From the NCBI GenBank assembly GCA_963702845.1, contig OY969763.1:4416001-4480000 (forward strand): a stretch of 64,000 nucleotides of DNA, given 5' to 3'. The DNA is from an uncultured Verrucomicrobiae bacterium. GTDB taxonomy: Bacteria > Verrucomicrobiota > Verrucomicrobiia > Limisphaerales > Palsa-1400. The translations under genes were made by a program, and so were the position numbers. The number at the start of each line of letters is the position of its first letter. The first letter of the stretch is position 1. The notes below the pieces were generated by a model, which saw nothing but the letters and a program-made list of their open reading frames with translations, was not told where the DNA came from and did no database searches. Below, one piece after another: positions 20,390-28,790 of the stretch.

Positions 20390-20767
20390 ATGAATGAAAA
20401 TCAAGTTATCGAAACACTGAAACAACACTTGTCTGCTCGCGGGTATGCGTTCGTTAGTGAATGTTGCACGACCAAGCAAGGAATAGATCTTGTTATGCGC
20501 AAGGACAACCAAGAGCTTTGGATTGAAGCAAAAGGCGCAACCGGTGCGCGTAAAGGAAGTAACCGTTTTGGAATGAATTTTAACGACCAACAGTGCAATG
20601 ACCATTACTCACGAGCTTTCTTCAAGGTGTGCCAGATGCGCGACAAATCGAAGGAGACCGGAGAACCGATACGTATCGCAATGGCATTTGCCCATACCAA
20701 GCACTATCAGAAGTATTTCGACCGCACAGACGAAACACGCAAGGAATTAGGAATCGCCGTTTATTGA
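20390..20767 (+). CDS. Small PD-(D/E)XK restriction-endonuclease-fold protein, possibly truncated by 10 aa
   Basis: NENQVI..HL.ARGY..GIDLV..WIEAKG catalytic pattern. Confidence 0.7.
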   Translation: MNENQVIETLKQHLSARGYAFVSECCTTKQGIDLVMRKDNQELWIEAKGATGARKGSNRFGMNFNDQQCNDHYSRAFFKVCQMRDKSKETGEPIRIAMAFAHTKHYQKYFDRTDETRKELGIAVY

Positions 20768-20834
20768 GTGACGTCCGGAGGAGTGACCGAAGTCTAAGTT
20801 CCAAAAGAAGAGCACTTGAGCGTCCGGCGACTTC

Positions 20835-22070
20835 TTACGAAAGCAGCATTGTGTCGAACTCTTTCGCTGTTGGGATCCTGCCTGAACTCAACACGTGTTC
20901 TCTTAACCGCTGAATACTTTTTTGAACGACCGAGAAAAGCTGGCCCACCTGTTCTGGAGAAATGTCACCGTTGTTTGATGTCGCACCATGAACGATCTTG
21001 TGGCGTTTGTCGAAAAGCTTTCGAACAATGTCGTTAACCCGGAGTCGAGACTCGACACTATCCTCAATAAACTTCGCGCACCTCAGCGCAACCTTGTAGC
21101 CGATTGCGCCCGGCCCGTCGCCAAACAATGCTTCGAGCGCTATCAATAAATCTACGATTTGATCCGCGACGCTAGTCCTTTGAGCCGCTGAATTAACGCG
21201 AGTGATTGCGGTGGATAATGGCGGGCACCTGCCGGCTTTCGGAAGAAATTCGAACATTGTTTGAAGTTCTCTTATGTCGCTTTTGGCTAGCGAGTAGGTC
21301 GGAAGGTGAAGCGCATCGGTACTCATGCCCGAGCCATACTCAACGAAAGGCAATTGACCAGTGCGTTCGCCCCGAACCCACATTGATTGCCAAGTTACGC
21401 AACCAAATTTCACTAGTAGCAGTGCAGCGGTAATGTCATTGAATACCTTTTGAGCTGTGATGTGAATGTCGCACGCGACGTGCCCGGCAGGGACACTTGA
21501 ATGAATCTCCATTATGCACATGTCGAACGACATCGCGGAGATGGGTATCTGGCATCCACCGCCACCGAAATAATCTACTACGTCACCGTCGCTCAGTTTG
21601 CGGATACGCACTGTTGATGTAAGCCAGTGTTCTTCAAAACCCATCGTTAATCCCAACACAACAGCAAAACACATCGCGAGGGAACTTTTCGCCTCTAACG
21701 ATCGGAGGAAGCCGGCCGCTATGGCGTCTGCTTCAGCAGGAGCGAACCCGAGATTCGAAACACGTCTAAAATAATCGGTTGCGATTTTGACGGCAATCAA
21801 TTCAGGCTGGGTCCAGTAGCCAGCAGGCAGGGCGTTGTAGCGAGGATCGGATTGCAGCTCCGACACAAATTTCGCAACGGAGTGGAAACGGAGAGAAGGA
21901 TGATTGAGGATAACACCAAAACTGGGAGCGTTTCCTCCTATGATTTGACAGTTGCCTTCTTTTCTTTCAATTCGGCAATTAGTCCACGCTTGTTGCTCAA
22001 AAGGCATTTTCGCAAACAATTCCGAGGAGAGTTCACGCAAAAAGCTGGTCACTTTCGATTCATCAACCAT
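20835..22070 (-). CDS. Apea-like HEPN domain protein (predicted RNase)
   Basis: DQIVDLLIALEALF..IGYKVALRCA..LFDKRHKIVHG (R-x4-H). Confidence 0.75.
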   Translation of the reverse strand: MVDESKVTSFLRELSSELFAKMPFEQQAWTNCRIERKEGNCQIIGGNAPSFGVILNHPSLRFHSVAKFVSELQSDPRYNALPAGYWTQPELIAVKIATDYFRRVSNLGFAPAEADAIAAGFLRSLEAKSSLAMCFAVVLGLTMGFEEHWLTSTVRIRKLSDGDVVDYFGGGGCQIPISAMSFDMCIMEIHSSVPAGHVACDIHITAQKVFNDITAALLLVKFGCVTWQSMWVRGERTGQLPFVEYGSGMSTDALHLPTYSLAKSDIRELQTMFEFLPKAGRCPPLSTAITRVNSAAQRTSVADQIVDLLIALEALFGDGPGAIGYKVALRCAKFIEDSVESRLRVNDIVRKLFDKRHKIVHGATSNNGDISPEQVGQLFSVVQKSIQRLREHVLSSGRIPTAKEFDTMLLS

Positions 22071-22121
22071 GAAGTTTAAATATCTCTATGGAGAAGGCCA
22101 GTCCAACACATAACAGAGCCC

Positions 22122-22217
22122 AACTTGACAAGTAGCTACTTCCTCTGCTAAGATTTAGCAGCCAGCCCAAGTCGGCCGGCTAAAAAACCTCGGTTTAGCC
22201 GGGGCATGCTCTTTGAA
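22122..22217 (+). promoter_or_regulatory. 72-bp direct repeat copy 1: sigma70 promoter, palindrome, two hairpins, then boxA-like element
   Basis: TTGACA-18-TAAGAT with extended TG; palindrome AAGTAGCTACTT; CCTCGG-5 nt-CCGGGG; TGCTCTTTGAA at 22207. Confidence 0.75.
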
Positions 22218-22296
22218 GAATGAGCCACGCCACAAGTTTGCGACTTCTATTAGCGAATCGCCGGCAACCCTGCCAACACGCAGATTCCTGCGCCAG

Positions 22297-22854
22297 TTAC
22301 TTATTTAAGAAAATCGACTTACGGATAAGGTCCGTGCGAAGCATAATCGGCTCTTCAAAATCGAGAACGATGTGAGTGACGAGCGTGGAATCTCGGGTTG
22401 GATTAGTTTTGTCATCGATTGTAATCGGGAGAGATGTCGGGTTTAGGTCCCGATGAAAGTCCATGGGAATTCCAACGGTACACTGTAGGACTGCGCTTGC
22501 AAATGCTGGATTGAAAGGAACTCCGCCAGAAACCGACAAATGAATACCTTGGACAGGGGCACTTCCACCATTCCCCAGTGCCTGAACATCTGCTGTGGAA
22601 TTGAAGGTTCCTGCAATAGTCGGAGGAACCATGTAAACTTGGTTTCCCATTTTTACGCTATGCATCGGAGTATACCTGAGGTTGGTTTTCTGTACAATAT
22701 CTGTTTTTACATCTGAACCAGGTCCCGGATCGGTTGGATCGGTATATTCTTCGTGGTACGTGAAACGCAGAGGAACGAACACTCCGTGCAGGGGGTGAAG
22801 CTGCGCTTGAAGCGCAGCGCACTTCTGGAAAACAGATTCAATTGTAAGAGCCAT
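22297..22854 (-). CDS. Hypothetical protein (orphan)
   Basis: 185-aa ORF with ATG start; no family recognised. Confidence 0.6.
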   Translation of the reverse strand: MALTIESVFQKCAALQAQLHPLHGVFVPLRFTYHEEYTDPTDPGPGSDVKTDIVQKTNLRYTPMHSVKMGNQVYMVPPTIAGTFNSTADVQALGNGGSAPVQGIHLSVSGGVPFNPAFASAVLQCTVGIPMDFHRDLNPTSLPITIDDKTNPTRDSTLVTHIVLDFEEPIMLRTDLIRKSIFLNK

Positions 22855-22973
22855 AAAAGAAACTTATCTAGTAAACAGACCTAAACTCAAGCAATTTATT
22901 TGACAGTTGTGCCTTCGCTTCCCCGGTTTCTTGAAAGATCCATGATTGCAGTGCCGCCGCTCCACTACGTGCA

Positions 22974-23144
22974 AACTTGACAAGTAGCTACTTCCTTTGC
23001 TAGGATTTAGCAGCCAGCCCAAGTAGGCCGGCTAAAAAACCTCGGCGAGGATTGCTTAGCGTGCGAGGCCGACGTTCGGCTTCTGCACTCTGCACTCTGC
23101 ATTCTGACCTCTGCATTTGAGAACCGAGGCGCGCTCTTTGAAAA
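22974..23144 (+). promoter_or_regulatory. 72-bp direct repeat copy 2 with expanded hairpin loop and boxA-like element
   Basis: 69/72 identical to 22122-22193; TTGACA-18-TAGGAT; CCTCGG-78 nt-CCGAGG; CGCTCTTTGAAAA at 23132. Confidence 0.75.
23081..23115 (+). repeat. Heptamer tandem repeat (YTCTGCA x5)
   Basis: TTCTGCA CTCTGCA CTCTGCA TTCTGAC CTCTGCA. Confidence 0.85.
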
Positions 23145-23160
23145 CTTGCAACGAAAGTCA

Positions 23161-23380
23161 TGACCCTTTGCGACCAATAGCGACGACTAACGACGAGATA
23201 CGACCAATAAGAAGGGGGATAGCCCCGGGTGGGGGGGGCTACTTCGCAGAAACATGGAGAAACTTCGGAGAAACAAATAACGTTAAAGAGTTTCTCCGAA
23301 GTTTCTCCAACCCTTCTCGGATGTTTCTCCATGTTTCTCCAAAGAGAAACAATGGGAAGGAATGTGCCACAATGGGAAAC
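23161..23380. repeat. ~10-bp-period direct and inverted repeats with a G-tract
   Basis: YGAC every 10 bp x5; GGAGAAACTTCGGAGAAAC / GTTTCTCCGAAGTTTCTCC; AATG every 10 bp x3. Confidence 0.8.
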
Positions 23381-23396
23381 ATTTTTGAATTTTGAT

Positions 23397-23486
23397 GCGA
23401 GGCCGACGTTCGGCGCGAGGCCGACGTTCGGCGCGAGGCCGACGTTCGGCGCGAGGCCGACGTTGGTTGCGAGGCCGACGTTCGGC
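23397..23486 (+). repeat. 18-bp tandem repeat x5 (GCGAGGCCGACGTTCGGC)
   Basis: Four perfect units and one variant; a solo copy is at 23063-23080. Confidence 0.95.
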
Positions 23487-23487
23487 A

Positions 23488-24741
23488 TTAAGGCTTCTGG
23501 AGTCGTTTCGCAACGTTCTCAGCGTCGTGCAAGACGCGCAGAATGTTGAGGCCAGCGATTTTCTTGATGTCCTCTTCCGAATGCCCACGCGCCATCAATT
23601 CCGCCAACAACGCCGGATACGTCGAAACATCCTGCAACCCAACCGGCGGCCCGTCGAACCCTTCAAAATCCGATCCAATCCCCACATGATCCACGCCCGC
23701 CACTTTGCAAATGTGATCAATGTGATTGGCAACGTCACCGATCGTTGCGTGATTTGGTTCCGGGTTGGCTTTGCGCCATTCAGCCAGGGCGGCGTCGAGT
23801 TTGTCTTCGTCTTTAATCGTTTCCTGCAGGCGCTTTTTCTCTTGGTGTTCGGCGCGGTACCAATCGCGATTGGAATCGATCAAATACTCCGGATAAAAAT
23901 TCACCATCATGATGCCGTTATTCGCCGCCAGTAACTTCAGCACATCATCTGAAGCGTTCCGAACATGATCGCAAAGCGCGCGCGCGTTCGAATGTGAAAA
24001 CATCACCGGCGCCTTCGAAACTTTCAGCGCGGCCTTCATCGTGTCTTCGGACACATGCGAAATATCGACGAGCATCCCCAAACGATTCATCTCGTGCACG
24101 ACCTCCTCACCAAACGGAGTCAGCCCATGATGCAGCGGCTTGTCCGTCGCCGCATCCGCCCAATCGATATTCTTCGTGTGTGTCAGCGTCATATAACGCG
24201 CACCGAGCTGATACGTGAGACGCAACGTCGCCAGCGAATTATTGATCGAGTGTCCGCCTTCCATTCCAATCAGTGACGCGATTTTGCCTTTGCGATGAAT
24301 CCGCTCCACGTCATCAGCCGTGAGCGCCAACTCCAATTGCTCCGGATACTTCGCCACCAACCGATGCACCACATCGATCTGCTCCAGCACCGCCTGCACC
24401 GCCGTGGGGCCGTTCAGTTCCGGCGGAATATAAACCGACCAAAACTGTCCGCCCAACCCACCGGCGCGCAGCCTTGGAAAATCCGTCACCAACTCCGCTG
24501 CCGTCGTATCCTTCGTCAGATCGATCGTGCTGATATCCACTCGCTCGAGCGCATTGCTGTGCTTGCGAAATTGCCACGGCAAATCATTATGCCCATCGAT
24601 CAGCGGCACCTCTTTCAAAATTTCGTGGACCCTCGCGATAATTTTGGGATCACTCATGTGAGTAGAAGCAGAAGGTTGCTCCGCCTTGGCGCACGACAAC
24701 GCCAAAGCCAGCACAGGAATCAACAAAAAGCGCATCGCCAC
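23488..24741 (-). CDS. Membrane dipeptidase (peptidase M19)
   Basis: IDGHNDLP, GMEGGH, VDISH, FSHS, GIGSDFEG. Confidence 0.95.
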   Translation of the reverse strand: MAMRFLLIPVLALALSCAKAEQPSASTHMSDPKIIARVHEILKEVPLIDGHNDLPWQFRKHSNALERVDISTIDLTKDTTAAELVTDFPRLRAGGLGGQFWSVYIPPELNGPTAVQAVLEQIDVVHRLVAKYPEQLELALTADDVERIHRKGKIASLIGMEGGHSINNSLATLRLTYQLGARYMTLTHTKNIDWADAATDKPLHHGLTPFGEEVVHEMNRLGMLVDISHVSEDTMKAALKVSKAPVMFSHSNARALCDHVRNASDDVLKLLAANNGIMMVNFYPEYLIDSNRDWYRAEHQEKKRLQETIKDEDKLDAALAEWRKANPEPNHATIGDVANHIDHICKVAGVDHVGIGSDFEGFDGPPVGLQDVSTYPALLAELMARGHSEEDIKKIAGLNILRVLHDAENVAKRLQKP

Positions 24742-24823
24742 ATAGTGCCCACGGCAGCCAAAGTGACGAGTCTCAAATTTTAAAACGACTTCGTAGCAGC
24801 CGATGTAAGGGGGCTCTAACTTA

Positions 24824-25375
24824 CTACTTCGCTGCCATCATTCCGCTCTTGCGCGCAAAATCAAACAGACCGCCCGCATCCACCACTTCGCGCACATCGC
24901 CGAGCGGTTTGAACAAATACGTCTTACCAGTCGCCTCGACCGTCACCGAATTTTTGTCGAGATCGACCGTCACCACATCACCCGTTTTCAAAACATCACA
25001 AAGCCGATCGGCACATTCGCACGGATAAAGCTCGCCCGTCGCAACACAGTTCCGAAAGAAAATGCGCGCGAAACTTTCCGCTAAAACCAGCCTGCAACCC
25101 GCCGCACCCATCGCGATCGGCGCATGTTCACGCGAACTGCCGCAGCCAAAATTCCGTCCGCCGACCACAATCGTATATTCCGTTTCCATCTGGCCTTCTT
25201 TGACATAGCGCGTGGGATAAAGCGAATCCGGCAACCCGGCCAGTGCATAACTGCCGAGCTTCTTATATTCTTCGGGCATCGTCGGCACCAGGTTGAGATA
25301 CTGCGCTGAGATGATCTGGTCCGTATCGATATTGTCGCGAACGACGTAAACAGGCCCGGTAAAAACACTTTGCAT
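24824..25375 (-). CDS. leuD: 3-isopropylmalate dehydratase small subunit
   Basis: [32 protein letters not shown]; start at ATG 25375. Confidence 0.9.
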   Translation of the reverse strand: MQSVFTGPVYVVRDNIDTDQIISAQYLNLVPTMPEEYKKLGSYALAGLPDSLYPTRYVKEGQMETEYTIVVGGRNFGCGSSREHAPIAMGAAGCRLVLAESFARIFFRNCVATGELYPCECADRLCDVLKTGDVVTVDLDKNSVTVEATGKTYLFKPLGDVREVVDAGGLFDFARKSGMMAAK

Positions 25376-25587
25376 CCCGCCAATTTGAATCCACCGCACC
25401 CGCTTTTCAAGAATTTACGATCCGATCCGCATCGACGTTTCCGTCATAAATAAACTTTGAAATGTCAGGTTGGTTAAAGATTCCGCTATACGGTTGCCAC
25501 TTCGGCGTATTGATCCAAGCTAAGAGGTGTTTACCGTAGAAGCACGCAATTGAGGCAGAGCAGATCCGCGGGAATTGTACAAAAAAA

Positions 25588-25664
25588 TGGAGCGAGCGAA
25601 GGGATTCGAACCCTCGACATTCACCTTGGCAAGGTGACGCTCTACCAGACTGAGCTACGCTCGC
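25588..25664 (-). tRNA. tRNA-Gly (GCC)
   Basis: GCGAGCG acceptor stem, TCACC-TTGCCAA-GGTGA anticodon arm, GGTTCGAATCC T-arm, encoded CCA. Confidence 0.97.
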
Positions 25665-25723
25665 TTCCGTCAGGCTCAAAAATTAACTGAAACGAACTCG
25701 AATGCAAGCGCGGATTTCAACCA

Positions 25724-26254
25724 TCATTTATGATGATGGTGATGGTGGTGATGAAAGAGGCGGGCGCGGTTTTGGTAAAGATACCACACGATCAAAACGT
25801 TGCAGATCATCACGACGAACAAATACCACGAAAAGTTTTTGATGAGTTCGCGGCACTCAATCGGAATGAAAAATGCCGATTCGCCGATGGACAGCCAACC
25901 GGCCCAAGTCGCACGAAAGGCCAGGCCCGTGCCCTCGACTAACGAGAACAGGCTATAAATCAATGTGCCGACCGCAGCATGCAGCATCTGAATCTCGGTA
26001 ACATTCGATACCTTCTCGGCGAGCATTTGCCAGAAGCGGTTACCGGGATGGATTCGCAATAAATCCATCAAGTGTTGGAATTCCTGAGGAAGGTTATTGT
26101 CCGACAGGCAATAGACCACGATCGCCATCGTCGTGAACAACGCGCCTTTGAGCAGCTTGAATATAATAATCAGATAGAGAGTCGGGGCGCGCTTTAGCGG
26201 CTCTTCGACTTCCTCCTGGTCGATGGCGACCGGCTTTTTTTCTTCCAAAGGCAT
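25724..26254 (-). CDS. DUF2127-like membrane protein with His7 tail
   Basis: IIIFKLLKG..YSLFSLVEGTGL..WAGWL..FIPIE..NVLIVWYL. Confidence 0.8.
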   Translation of the reverse strand: MPLEEKKPVAIDQEEVEEPLKRAPTLYLIIIFKLLKGALFTTMAIVVYCLSDNNLPQEFQHLMDLLRIHPGNRFWQMLAEKVSNVTEIQMLHAAVGTLIYSLFSLVEGTGLAFRATWAGWLSIGESAFFIPIECRELIKNFSWYLFVVMICNVLIVWYLYQNRARLFHHHHHHHHK

Positions 26255-28054
26255 TTACCGAACCTTTTCCAATAAGACACCCAACAGATCTTTTATGTTC
26301 ACGCGCGTCTGCGTCATGGTATCGCGGTCGCGTAGAGTTACTGTATCCTTCGCGTCCGGCGCATTTTCGCCGAGCGTTTCGAAATCAATCGTCACGCCGA
26401 ACGGCGTCCCAGCTTCGTCCTGGCGACGATAGCGGCGGCCGATCGCACCGGCTTCGTCGTAAAATACAGTCATGTAAGGACGGAGCAAGTCGCGGACTTC
26501 CAAGGCTTTTTTGACGAGCTCGGGACGGTTCTTGAGCAAGGGGAACACGGCGACTTTGATAGGCGCGATGCGTGGATGAAATTTCAGGACCACGCGCGTT
26601 TCCATTTTGCCTTTTTCGTCAGGCGCGAGTTCTTCGGCGTAGGCGTTGCAGATCAACGCGAGCGTCAGGCGGTCGACACCGGCTGAAGGCTCGATGACGT
26701 GCGGGATGTAATTGCCCTTGGGCAAACCGGCGGCGTCTTCTTTGGCGGTGCGTTCGGCTTGTTCGGGGTGAACGCCGGTCTTAGTTAAATATTTGTGGCG
26801 CGTTTCGTAATAGCGCTGGGTCAAATCAGCTTTTTTGGCTTCGTCGAGTTTTGCCCAGCCGGTTTTGAGGTCTTCGTCGAACACGCCCATGGATTTGCCG
26901 GAGAAACGTTGGTGTTGCGACAGATCGAAATCGCTGCGGGCGGCGACGCCTTCGAGTTCTTCGCCCATCAATTCGCCTTGCGCGTTCTTTTTGCTGAAGG
27001 GGAATTTGAACAGGATGTCCACCGTGGCGCGGGCGTAGTGAGCGAGTTCTTCGGGCTTTTGCCAATACTCGACCAAGGTCGTGCGCGGCAGGCCGATGTT
27101 TTCGTAAAAGCGAATGCGCTCTTCGACCCAATACTGATGCCACATTTGCCAGCCCCAGTTGGCCTGCGGTTCGCCGGGATGACCGGGACCGGTTGGTTTG
27201 GCGACTTCGCCGCAGATCGCTTCGACGGCTTCGTCGGGGCGAATGAAAAATTCGAGTTCCATCTGCTCGAACTCACGCGAGCGAAAGGTGAAATTACGCG
27301 GCGTGACTTCGTTACGAAAGGCTTTGCCGATTTGGCAAATGCCGAACGGAACTTTTTGGCGCGACGTCTCGAGAACGTTTTTAAACTGCGCGAAAATGGC
27401 CTGGGCAGTTTCGGGGCGCAGGTAAGCAACGTTGTCATCGCTTTCGACCGGCCCGACGAACGTTTTGAACATCAGATTGAACGGACGCGGATCGCTCAAA
27501 CGCGCACCGTTGTCAGGACAGTAGAGCGTCGAGTTTTCAACCTTCGTCGGTTCACCGGAATCGATCGGTTCAGCCCCAGGCAAACCGCGCAATTGATAAA
27601 ATTGTTTGGCGACTTTCAGCGCCGATTCCTTCGGTTTACCCGCCGGAACCATCACTTCAAACGCATCACTGCTGGTCTTGCCCGACGCATCTTTCGCACC
27701 AGAAAACTTGTAAACGATACCGCTCGACTCTTCGACCTGGTCGGCGCGGAAACGTTTTTTGGTCACGGGACATTCGACCATCAGATCGGCGAAGGTCTGG
27801 ACGTGGCCGGAGGCTTCCCAGATGCGCGGGGACATGATGATGGTGGCTTCGAGACCGGCGACGTCGTCGCGTTGCTGGGTCATGGTGCGCCACCATTGAT
27901 CTTTGACGTTGCGCTTGAGTTCGGCGCCGAGTGGGCCGTAATCCCAAAATCCATTGATGCCGCCGTAGATTTCGGATGATTGAAAGACAAAGCCGCGTCG
28001 CTTGCAAAGCGAGACGATGCGTTCCATTAAATCATTCGTTTTTGGGTCGGCCAT
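26255..28054 (-). CDS. glyS: Glycine--tRNA ligase (homodimeric, eukaryote-like type)
   Basis: FWDYGPLG, YLRPETAQ, FRNEVTPRNFTFRSREFEQME, HVIEPSAGVDR, IGRRYRRQDEAG. Confidence 0.97.
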   Translation of the reverse strand: MADPKTNDLMERIVSLCKRRGFVFQSSEIYGGINGFWDYGPLGAELKRNVKDQWWRTMTQQRDDVAGLEATIIMSPRIWEASGHVQTFADLMVECPVTKKRFRADQVEESSGIVYKFSGAKDASGKTSSDAFEVMVPAGKPKESALKVAKQFYQLRGLPGAEPIDSGEPTKVENSTLYCPDNGARLSDPRPFNLMFKTFVGPVESDDNVAYLRPETAQAIFAQFKNVLETSRQKVPFGICQIGKAFRNEVTPRNFTFRSREFEQMELEFFIRPDEAVEAICGEVAKPTGPGHPGEPQANWGWQMWHQYWVEERIRFYENIGLPRTTLVEYWQKPEELAHYARATVDILFKFPFSKKNAQGELMGEELEGVAARSDFDLSQHQRFSGKSMGVFDEDLKTGWAKLDEAKKADLTQRYYETRHKYLTKTGVHPEQAERTAKEDAAGLPKGNYIPHVIEPSAGVDRLTLALICNAYAEELAPDEKGKMETRVVLKFHPRIAPIKVAVFPLLKNRPELVKKALEVRDLLRPYMTVFYDEAGAIGRRYRRQDEAGTPFGVTIDFETLGENAPDAKDTVTLRDRDTMTQTRVNIKDLLGVLLEKVR

Positions 28055-28242
28055 AGAGCTGAACAGCTTTCTGCAATAGGGTTGTTAAGTCAAGATTCGC
28101 GGCGGCAAGTCGCAGAGCCGGAAAGAATTCGCAGAAACGCTCGCACGGACTTCCACGGGTCTTCGTTCATTTTTTTGTATCACGGTAATCCTGGTTTGCG
28201 AAGAAAGTTGATTGCGCCACATTACCAGAGAGCGTCCGAACA

Positions 28243-28632
28243 ATGATTAAAACGAAGTCCATTTCCACCAAAGCTGAGGCGTCGGACGGCTTGCGCATTC
28301 TTGCCAGCCGGTTTCGCGGACATGGCGTCCCAGCAGCGGCGTACGATGTTTGGATGCCGAATCTCGGGCCGACGGAAGCGCTGCTGCGGGCTTACAAAGC
28401 GGGTGAGGTTGATTGGGCAGAATTTAGTCGGCGTTATCGCGATGAGATGTTTGCCGACGGCGCGATTGATCGTGAGAACCGCACGATTAAGAATCACGGG
28501 CAGAAGTTCACGTTGCGATTGCTCCAACGGCTCGCCAAAGAACAGACGATTACCTTTATGTGCCAGTGCGCGGAGGATGAGCTGCATTGTCATCGGCATA
28601 TGTTGGCGAAAATGCTCGCGCGGAAAATCTGA
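28243..28632 (+). CDS. DUF488/YeaO family protein
   Basis: DGLRILASR..W.PNLGPT..W.EF.RRY..EM; C..DELHCHR. Confidence 0.85.
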   Translation: MIKTKSISTKAEASDGLRILASRFRGHGVPAAAYDVWMPNLGPTEALLRAYKAGEVDWAEFSRRYRDEMFADGAIDRENRTIKNHGQKFTLRLLQRLAKEQTITFMCQCAEDELHCHRHMLAKMLARKI

Positions 28633-28790
28633 ACGACCGTCTTGGCTGACGTCGTTTTTCGCACGTTGATGGCAAAAACGGCGTTTTCGTAAACCGCTCG
28701 TTTTGAGGCAATTACTTTAGATCGCCAACCGGGAATTTTCGCAAAACCGGCCTTGGCCCTACTCCTGCTAATCAATGAGCGAGAAATTTT

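Noticed and set aside
20765..20767. Selenocysteine or recoded TGA
   Set aside because: The context suggests Trp, no SECIS-like hairpin is evident, and TGA serves as a normal stop elsewhere in the window
23397..23486. CRISPR array
   Set aside because: The 18-bp units are contiguous with no spacers, and no cas genes are present
23000..23588. ORFs with PNVGLA or ARPTFG repeats
   Set aside because: Translations of non-coding tandem repeats
25407..25679. 90-aa ORF, and tRNA-Gly as an island attachment site
   Set aside because: The ORF overlaps the tRNA; I found no duplicated tRNA 3' end and no integrase
28055..28240. T-box leaders for glyS or tyrS
   Set aside because: No T-box motif and the leaders are too short
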